Shown here: positions 7,943 to 12,979 of the stretch, piece after piece
Numbering within the stretch: position 1 is the first letter of the stretch
Layout of the letters: every line of letters begins with the position of its first letter
Virus record (IMG/VR): IMGVR_UViG_2778261447_000015
Coordinates: 1-12,979 of that record
Length of the DNA stretch: 12,979 bases
DNA from: a virus
Taxonomy: Duplodnaviria > Heunggongvirae > Uroviricota > Caudoviricetes
Reading direction: 5' to 3' (one strand)
The notes under the pieces: model-generated
What the model saw: the letters and a program-made list of their open reading frames with translations, nothing else
Told to the model about the DNA's origin: nothing
Database searches by the model: none
Program-made: the position numbers and the translations under genes

Positions 7943-8143
7943 TTATTCGCGAGCTTTGAGCATTGCGTCTGCAAACTTATATGCAGCGCTTGCTGCATAA
8001 TTAACAGCTCCATCAGAATCATTATCGATAATCGATGGATTACTAATCATTGCTTGCATAGCCTTTGCTGCGAAGTAATCACGTAATGTCGCATCACTTG
8101 CCATTTCTGGGCGTTTGATATCTGCTTCATAAAACTCGCACAT
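7943..8143 (-). CDS. hypothetical small acidic protein (N-proximal cassette)
   Basis: 66 aa from ATG 8143, preceded by GGAGG at 6 nt. The start overlaps the upstream stop (TGATG). Confidence 0.5.
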   Translation of the reverse strand: MCEFYEADIKRPEMASDATLRDYFAAKAMQAMISNPSIIDNDSDGAVNYAASAAYKFADAMLKARE

Positions 8144-8394
8144 CACTCACCTCCAAGAGCTTTGCTGATTGCTGACAGTGCTTTCGATACTTCATCAGGA
8201 TAATGGTCATTCCATTTTTGCTTGTATGCCTTGTTTAGCATCGCTTGCAGAGCTTCGAGCAAATCAGGAGCTGCCTCCATCAATCTCACATCACCTCGAT
8301 GGATGGTTGTATCGTCAAACGTGAAATAAACCCCATCATCGTTAAATCCAGCGCCAACAACATTCCATGGCCTTTTCATTCTTCCTACTGTCAT
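8143..8394 (-). CDS. hypothetical protein (N-proximal cassette)
   Basis: 83 aa with ATG at 8394 preceded by GAGGTG at 4 nt. Confidence 0.5.
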   Translation of the reverse strand: MTVGRMKRPWNVVGAGFNDDGVYFTFDDTTIHRGDVRLMEAAPDLLEALQAMLNKAYKQKWNDHYPDEVSKALSAISKALGGE

Positions 8395-8433
8395 TATTCA
8401 CCTCTGTGTATTTATGCCAAAAAAAAAGGCCGA

Positions 8434-8748
8434 CTATGTGGCTTTATATCTGCGCACTGAAATAATTGGGCAGTGTGTAATTCCAGCAGTCTTTTCCCAT
8501 CTCAACAATGGGATGCGGAATACTTCGAACTCCACCTTCCCGATATGGTCGTTTTGGAAATCCTTTTTCCCCACCAACCAAACCTTTTCAAATCTACGCT
8601 CTATAAGGAAAGCTGATGACCATCCATATTTAGAACCAGCTTTTAACGCTTCCTTTTTTGTCGGAAAGGTTGTAACAATGGAAATTATCTCATCAACTCG
8701 GAGACTTAAAAGATTATTGTCTTTAAAGCTAATTCCGTTCGACGCCAT
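8434..8748 (-). CDS. hypothetical protein immediately downstream of N, AT-rich
   Basis: 104 aa with ATG at 8748, 3 nt after the N stop, with GAGGGA inside the N 3' end. The region looks about 35-47% GC by eye. Confidence 0.45.
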   Translation of the reverse strand: MASNGISFKDNNLLSLRVDEIISIVTTFPTKKEALKAGSKYGWSSAFLIERRFEKVWLVGKKDFQNDHIGKVEFEVFRIPLLRWEKTAGITHCPIISVRRYKAT

Positions 8749-8751
8749 AAT

Positions 8752-9057
8752 TCATCCCTCATACAGTGGTTTGCTGCCTAATTTCATTTTCTGGCGACCA
8801 ACACAAGTCACACCCATTTCACTGCGTGGCTTGCGGTAGTAAATACGGTTCTGTTTACGCTCGACTTCTTCTGCCTTCTTGCAGCGAAGGCTTCCGAGTG
8901 ATGCTGCTTTATCTGCTCTGACGCAACCAGAGAGCTTTAGCTCAATTTTTCGCGCCAGTCGCTGCTCTTGCATTGCCTGTTCACGTTGAGCCTGTCTGCG
9001 TGCTCTGCGGCGATTTCTGGCGTTATCGTCAGCCAGATATGTAATTACTACTGTCAT
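8752..9057 (-). CDS. N: antitermination protein N
   Basis: 101 aa from ATG 9057 preceded by GGAGG at 5 nt. It has an N-terminal Arg-rich motif (DNARNRRRARRQAQ). The C-terminus (RKQNRIYYRKPRSEMGVTCVGRQKMKLGSKPL) parallels lambda N (RKNQRTWYSKPGERGITCSGRQKIKGKSIPL, recall). It is the first gene downstream of PL/nutL. Confidence 0.85.
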   Translation of the reverse strand: MTVVITYLADDNARNRRRARRQAQREQAMQEQRLARKIELKLSGCVRADKAASLGSLRCKKAEEVERKQNRIYYRKPRSEMGVTCVGRQKMKLGSKPLYEG

Positions 9058-9368
9058 GTTGACCTCCGATGAAACAACTTTGGAATTGATAGTGATTGCA
9101 AAGTGGTTTCTGGCCCCTCGAACTGAGGGGCAGAAAGAGCATCTCGCCACCTAATAGGTCGATGCTCGGATCGAGAGATTTAATTAACCTCGGTTTTGAA
9201 GTTATGCATTCACATAAATCCTCCTGTTGCATGTGCAGCATTGGCTGTGTTTGGCAGCTGCATTTCGCCTATGGAATTGACTTTGGCGGTGACGCGCCGG
9301 GTGCTTATCTTCAGGTTGCCGTCGTGCAGCTGCACTTCACGTCACCCCAAAGCCAACTACTCTTTGGT

Positions 9369-9409
9369 TCCCGCATTTCGGCGGGACAATCCCATCAATG
9401 TTAAAGAGC
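9369..9409 (-). promoter_or_regulatory. nutL (boxA GCTCTTTAAC plus boxB hairpin)
   Basis: Minus-strand boxA GCTCTTTAAC (9409..9400) and boxB TCCCGCCGAAATGCGGGA (9386..9369). Both are identical to the elements found downstream of cro, and they lie between PL and N. Confidence 0.7.
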
Positions 9410-9455
9410 CTGCCAATCTGTTCCGTTTGGCTTCCAGCGTCCTGCTGATGGCTAA

Positions 9456-9497
9456 AGAATACTGTAGGTATTTTATTGTGTAAATACCCAAGGTATT
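9456..9497 (-). promoter_or_regulatory. OL operators and PL promoter
   Basis: Two 15 bp sites, AATACTGTAGGTATT (9458..9472) and AATACCCAAGGTATT (9483..9497), 25 bp centre to centre. On the minus strand, -35 TTTACA (9484..9479) and -10 TATTCT (9461..9456) are separated by 17 nt and overlap the operators. Confidence 0.6.
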
Positions 9498-9629
9498 TAT
9501 TTTTGGTGAAATAATGATAAGCAAATGAATACAAAGGATATTTATTTTTTTCGGTGTCTGCTTGTTCAGTGCTTTTTATGCGGGATATGTGAAGTGGATC
9601 CCGATAGCTATTGCTGCCGGGATTATGAG

Positions 9630-9998
9630 TTAGTCAGCGAAGGTTAAGACGAGAATTACCTTAATGATGTCTGCTACAACAGACACGGCCATAGATAAAC
9701 CAAAGACGATCCAAGCCATAGAGATGTCTTCACTACCATCGTATAGAGTTCCGTAATCACTGGTGTAAGGCGTAAATGTCGCGCCTTGATACAATAGGTA
9801 TAAGCTTGATCCATAGAGGATAAATGCAGATATCCCTTGTATTGCCATGATCACCAGAATCATGAAACGAGCTGATCTATGCGCCCAAGCCTGGCTTATT
9901 TTTTCTGATAGAGATTTCGCAATAAAAGCATGCGCTAAGCCGTAAATTGTTGAGATTGCCAACATCCCCAAAAAGCTTGCTATAGCGGTTCCAACCAT
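9630..9998 (-). CDS. small integral membrane protein (three predicted TM helices) downstream of cI
   Basis: 122 aa from ATG 9998 preceded by AAGGGG at 5 nt; the longer ORF form would start with TTG at 10019. Three hydrophobic ~25 aa segments are separated by a basic loop (KSLSEKISQAWAHRSAR) and an acidic Tyr-rich loop. Same strand as cI, 17 nt after its stop. Confidence 0.55.
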   Translation of the reverse strand: MVGTAIASFLGMLAISTIYGLAHAFIAKSLSEKISQAWAHRSARFMILVIMAIQGISAFILYGSSLYLLYQGATFTPYTSDYGTLYDGSEDISMAWIVFGLSMAVSVVADIIKVILVLTFAD

Positions 9999-10015
9999 AA
10001 TCGCCCCTTGCGTGA

Positions 10016-10732
10016 TCAAACCAGCCTTAGTTTTGTCTCAATTGCAACGCCTATAATCTTGCAGTTTCCATTGATTGGCACGAGAGGCCATGCAGGATTA
10101 AGTCCCTTGAGGTATTTATTTCCGCCGTCGATTATCAGCTTCTTGAATGTTGCTTCGTTAGAGTCAGAAAGTTTTGCTATGACCAAGCTGCCGTTGATCG
10201 CCTCCCTTCCGGTATCGAAAAGAACGAATGTTCCCTCTGGAATGCTTAACCCAACCGGTGCCGTCATTGAATCACCTTCCACTTTAAGCCAGAACGCATT
10301 ACCTTGAATATGCGCGTCAGACTCAAGCCAAACATCTATGTCTTTAATGGTGTATGGTTCGCATGCTTCACACCACGAGCCAGCCTGGATACTGCTTAAC
10401 ACCGGATACCTCTTTCCTGCTCTGTATTCCCCTGCATACCTTACGTTGGCATCGCTCTTAAGGCTTTCTGCCTGTTCTGCAACCTTGGCAGCAATTGACT
10501 GGCTAAAATCAGCAATTGAGACTTGCAACAATCGTGCAAAACCAGATGCAACCTCAACGTTTAGCGCGTTTCTGCCATTAAGATAATGCCCTACCGCTCC
10601 TTGGGTGATACCCAGTTCATCAGCGATTGAGTATTGGGTTATTCCCAATTCTTTCTTTTTTGACTCATACAAAGCCTTAAGCCGCTTAGCGTCTTCGAGC
10701 TGTTCTGTCGTCAGTGATTTTTTATTTTCCAT
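10016..10732 (-). CDS. cI: CI repressor (HTH N-terminal domain, S24 LexA-like C-terminal domain)
   Basis: 238 aa with lambda-CI-like architecture (…LTTEQLEDAKRLKALYESKKKELGITQ…, C-terminal …FWLKVEGDSMTAP… and …FKKLI…). No Shine-Dalgarno precedes the ATG, consistent with a leaderless PRM transcript. Divergent from cro. Confidence 0.9.
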   Translation of the reverse strand: MENKKSLTTEQLEDAKRLKALYESKKKELGITQYSIADELGITQGAVGHYLNGRNALNVEVASGFARLLQVSIADFSQSIAAKVAEQAESLKSDANVRYAGEYRAGKRYPVLSSIQAGSWCEACEPYTIKDIDVWLESDAHIQGNAFWLKVEGDSMTAPVGLSIPEGTFVLFDTGREAINGSLVIAKLSDSNEATFKKLIIDGGNKYLKGLNPAWPLVPINGNCKIIGVAIETKLRLV

Positions 10733-10738
10733 AGCTTA

Positions 10739-10809
10739 ATTCTAATAGCTAAGGTACTTAAACTAAAAATACCCTGAGTATTGATTGCTTTGAATACCTG
10801 TAGTATTCT
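10739..10809. promoter_or_regulatory. OR operators with divergent PRM and PR
   Basis: Sites AATACCCTGAGTATT (10768..10782) and AATACCTGTAGTATT (10793..10807), plus a degenerate site AATAGCTAAGGTACT (10744..10758). PR candidate is -35 TTGATT (10781..10786) and -10 TATTCT (10804..10809) with 17 nt spacing. PRM -10 candidate is TAGAAT on the minus strand (10744..10739), 6 nt before the cI ATG. Confidence 0.65.
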
Positions 10810-10838
10810 TTGTTCATGGTTAATAACGGAGAGTGCAT

Positions 10839-11033
10839 ATGATTCGAATGACACTTGCCGATTACGCCAAAATCCATGGACAGGCTAAAGCAGCCAGTGA
10901 CTTTGGTGTAATCCAGTGCGCTATCAGCAAGGCCATTCTGGCAGGCCGTAACATCATGGTTACGGTAAAGCCTGATGGCAGTGTGATTGGAGAGGAAGTT
11001 CGTCCTTTCCCAAGCAACAAGAAAAACAAATAG
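10839..11033 (+). CDS. cro: Cro repressor
   Basis: 64 aa from ATG 10839 (the ORF track starts at GTG 10833). [33 protein letters not shown]…PFPSNKK parallels lambda Cro (recall). First gene of the PR operon. Confidence 0.85.
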   Translation: MIRMTLADYAKIHGQAKAASDFGVIQCAISKAILAGRNIMVTVKPDGSVIGEEVRPFPSNKKNK

Positions 11034-11039
11034 TAACAC

Positions 11040-11095
11040 CGCTCTTTAACAGTCATGGTCCTCATTCCCGCCGAAATGCGGGAATACAACGCGCA
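11040..11095 (+). promoter_or_regulatory. nutR (boxA CGCTCTTTAAC plus boxB hairpin)
   Basis: boxA at 11040..11050 and boxB stem-loop ATTCCCGC-CGAAAT-GCGGGAAT at 11074..11095. It shares a 10-mer and an 18-mer with nutL, and lies between cro and cII. Confidence 0.7.
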
Positions 11096-11141
11096 TAAGT
11101 TGATGCGCATAACTTCTTATTTGTTAAGGAAATACTTACAT

Positions 11142-11435
11142 ATGGTTCGTGCAAACAAACGCAACGAGGCTCTACGAATCGAGAGTGCGTTGCTTAACAA
11201 AATCGCAATGCTTGGAACTGAGAAGACAGCGGAAGCTGTGGGAGTTGATAAGTCGCAGATCAGCAGGTGGAAGAGGGACTGGATTCCAAAGTTCTCAATG
11301 CTGCTTGCTGTTCTTGAATGGGGCGTCGTTGACGACGATATGGCTCGATTGGCACGACAAGTTGCTTCGATTCTCACCAATAAAAAACGCCCGGCGGCAA
11401 CCGAGCGTTCTGAACAAATCCAAATGGAATTTTAA
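11142..11435 (+). CDS. cII: CII transcriptional activator
   Basis: 97 aa from ATG 11142. The protein and the upstream RBS context (TAAGGAAATACTTACATATG) match lambda cII as I recall it, with about one substitution. The ORF-track form starting at 11055 is an in-frame upstream extension. Confidence 0.95.
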   Translation: MVRANKRNEALRIESALLNKIAMLGTEKTAEAVGVDKSQISRWKRDWIPKFSMLLAVLEWGVVDDDMARLARQVASILTNKKRPAATERSEQIQMEF

Positions 11436-11457
11436 TAACATCCAACGAGGTAATTAT

Positions 11458-11730
11458 ATGCGAAACAAAGGCTTTAATCCACCTGATACACACAAAGAAG
11501 CTAAGCGTTTGCGCTTCCTTCGTTCCATTGATGAAAGAACTCAAATCTCTTTTGTGAAAGTTGCCAGAACTGAGCTTCTGAAGGCTGAGGCGAGGGCGTT
11601 GCTCCCGTCCCTACCAAAAGAGGAGGGATATACGTTCATTCCAAACGCATTTCTGGAAAAGCTGCTCAAAGAAGACATATCCGTAAGTCAGTTTAACGAT
11701 GTTCTTAAGGTCTTTCGTCAAGGCAGGTAG
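11458..11730 (+). CDS. hypothetical protein between cII and the replication initiator
   Basis: 90 aa from ATG 11458 preceded by GAGG at 7 nt; the stop is 2 nt before the next ATG. Lambda has no gene at this position. The longer ORF-track form overlaps cII out of frame. Confidence 0.5.
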   Translation: MRNKGFNPPDTHKEAKRLRFLRSIDERTQISFVKVARTELLKAEARALLPSLPKEEGYTFIPNAFLEKLLKEDISVSQFNDVLKVFRQGR

Positions 11731-11732
11731 TT

Positions 11733-12680
11733 ATGAGCAATACAGCAAAAATCTACGATTTCAGCGCCGCACACGAGCGCAGGAGCAACAGGATGGAGAA
11801 CCAGAAAACTGGTTACATTCCGTTGTACCGGAGCATTCTGAAACAGTCATGGGCGAAAGATGTTTATCTTCGCACCCTGTGGGAAAACCTTCTCCTGAAT
11901 GCCGCCAGAAAGCCATACAAAGCGAATTTCAAAGGTCATGAATGGCATCTGCAACCCGGTCAACTGGTTGTGACAGCAGCTGATTTAGGTCTTCAGTTAT
12001 GCGACAGGCATGGCAAGCCGGCAAGCCGTGATCAGGTTGAGCGGATGCTTCAGGTTTTTGTGAAAGAGGGGATGATCTCCATTGACGGAGAGAAGCAAAA
12101 AGGTCGTGTGATCACCATCACAAATTACCATGAATATGCTCAAAAAATGGACAATTTACCCGCACATGAAGCCGCACAAACAAACGCACATGATGCCGCA
12201 CATGACGAAGCCAGTAATGGCGCGGCTTTCAGCGTACGTGCCGCACATGAAAGCGCACATGAAGCCGCACAAACAACCGCACATCATGAACAAGAAGGTA
12301 TTAACAAGAATATAAATAATACCCCCCTACCCCCCAATGGGGGAGGCGATGGGCAGGTTAAACCTGAACGTCGCAAGGCAGAACGAATCGACTACGAATC
12401 CTTCCTGAACGCCTACAACACCGAAGTCGGTGACAGACTGCCACATGCTGTTGCGGTCAACGAGAAACGCAAACGTCGCCTGAAGAAAATCATCCCGCAA
12501 CTGAAAACGCCAAACGTGGACGGTTTCAGAGCGTATGTCAGGGCGTTTGTGCATCAGGCCAAGCCGTTTTACTTCGGAGACAACGACACGGGCTGGACGG
12601 CAGATTTTGATTACCTGCTGAGGGAAGATTCGTTAACGGGAGTTCGGGAAGGGAAGTTTGCAGACAGGGGGATTGCATGA
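11733..12680 (+). CDS. replication initiator protein (O-like) with internal origin
   Basis: 315 aa in the O position. The central region encodes AHE/AHD repeats from DNA iterons, followed by an AT-rich segment. Its stop overlaps the helicase start (ATGA). Confidence 0.7.
   Translation: MSNTAKIYDFSAAHERRSNRMENQKTGYIPLYRSILKQSWAKDVYLRTLWENLLLNAARKPYKANFKGHEWHLQPGQLVVTAADLGLQLCDRHGKPASRDQVERMLQVFVKEGMISIDGEKQKGRVITITNYHEYAQKMDNLPAHEAAQTNAHDAAHDEASNGAAFSVRAAHESAHEAAQTTAHHEQEGINKNINNTPLPPNGGGDGQVKPERRKAERIDYESFLNAYNTEVGDRLPHAVAVNEKRKRRLKKIIPQLKTPNVDGFRAYVRAFVHQAKPFYFGDNDTGWTADFDYLLREDSLTGVREGKFADRGIA
12159..12326. repeat. candidate replication origin: CGCACATGA-type iterons plus AT-rich tract
   Basis: About six copies of (C)CGCACATGA and two copies of GCCGCACAAACAA between 12159 and 12292, then AT-rich AGGTATTAACAAGAATATAAATAATAC, all inside the initiator gene. 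This is the lambda ori-in-O arrangement. Confidence 0.6.
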
Positions 12681-12979
12681 GACAGGATATCGAAGCGAGC
12701 GTTATCGGTGGTCTGCTGATTGGTGGATTAACTCCAACCGCCAGTGACGTTCTGGCAACGCTTGAGCCGGAAGCGTTTTCAATTCCGCTCTACAGGAAAG
12801 CTTTCGAAGTTATCCGTAAGCAGGCGAGAAACAGAAACCTAATCGATGCGCTGATGGTTGCCGAGGCGTGCGGAGAGGAGCATTTCACGTCAATCCTGAT
12901 GACCAGCAAAAACTGCCCGAGTGCCGCAAACCTGAAGGGATATGCCGGAATGAACCGCCCCGGGAATCCTGGAGACTAA
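12677..12979 (+). pseudogene. DnaB-family replicative helicase, N-terminal 100 codons only, apparently cut by an IS insertion
   Basis: DnaB N-terminal domain motifs ([10 protein letters not shown]…, …[10 protein letters not shown]) are followed by a non-DnaB tail ([10 protein letters not shown]) and TAA at the last window base. The tail is encoded by sequence resembling an IS3-family terminal repeat. Confidence 0.55.
12951..12979. mobile_element. probable terminal inverted repeat of an IS3-family element (IS629-like), partial at window edge
   Basis: TGAACCGCCCCGGGAATCCTGGAGACTAA matches my recollection of the IS629/IS1203 left end. It begins exactly where the helicase reading frame diverges from DnaB. 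The element body is outside the window. Confidence 0.5.

Larger units (their letters stand above)
1445..12950. mobile_element. lambdoid prophage, left arm (attL side through replication genes), integrated at tRNA-Thr
   Basis: Tyrosine integrase abuts the tRNA 3' end and is followed by xis, an annealase/SSB module, N, cI, cro, cII and O-like/DnaB-like genes in canonical lambdoid order. The exact attL core cannot be delimited without the attR copy. Confidence 0.85.

Noticed and set aside
8414-8433. Run of nine A (T on the minus strand) after the 8434..8748 gene as a terminator
   Set aside because: No stable stem precedes the T-run on the minus strand (only about 3 bp of pairing).
8245-8839. 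Plus-strand ORFs 8245..8460 and 8414..8839 antisense to the N-proximal cassette
   Set aside because: The minus-strand genes are contiguous with N and have RBS and coupling signals; AT-rich DNA often yields long antisense ORFs. This is not fully excluded and is noted in the relevant finding.
9029-9534. ORFs 9029..9241 -, 9096..9404 +, 9196..9483 + and 9337..9534 - in the PL-to-N interval
   Set aside because: The interval holds nutL, OL/PL and leader structure; these ORFs lack RBSs and cross regulatory elements.
11055-11141. N-terminal extension of cII (ORF-track start at 11055) and long form of the 11458 gene starting at 11149
   Set aside because: The cII start at 11142 matches the lambda cII start and RBS. 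The 11149 form overlaps cII out of frame, while ATG 11458 has its own RBS.
10008-11380. Antisense or alternate-frame ORFs over cI, cro and cII (10008..10307 +, 10338..10586 +, 10758..11039 -, 10862..11110 -, 11117..11380 -)
   Set aside because: They overlap well-supported regulatory genes.
12159-12292. Iteron array as a possible CRISPR array
   Set aside because: Repeats are short (about 9-13 bp), imperfect and not separated by unique spacers of regular length; the context is a replication initiator gene.
12130-12315. ORF 12130..12315 + with Met/His/Lys-rich repeats
   Set aside because: It is an alternate-frame translation of the ori iterons inside the initiator gene.

Overview
The window holds the end of the proBA operon (complete proA) and a thrW-type tRNA-Thr, followed by the left arm of a lambdoid prophage integrated at that tRNA. 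The prophage runs in lambda-like order: int and xis; an early-left accessory cassette of small genes (including an ASCH-like and a DUF551 protein); a recombination module (Rad52-family annealase plus SSB); cIII-like and ea10-like genes; a three-gene cassette downstream of N; N with nutL; OL/PL; a small membrane protein directly downstream of cI; cI; OR/PRM/PR; cro; nutR; cII; an extra small ORF; an O-like initiator with internal ori iterons; and a DnaB-family helicase gene. The helicase ORF stops at the window edge in what looks like the terminal repeat of an IS3-family (IS629-like) element. The immunity region has its own operator (AATAC-N5-GTATT) and nut sequences, whereas cII is lambda-like, so the phage is mosaic. 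The best candidates for an undescribed function are the cI-adjacent membrane protein, the N-proximal cassette and the SSB with an internal DDDIPF motif. All calls are from reading the sequence and recall of protein families; no searches were run.
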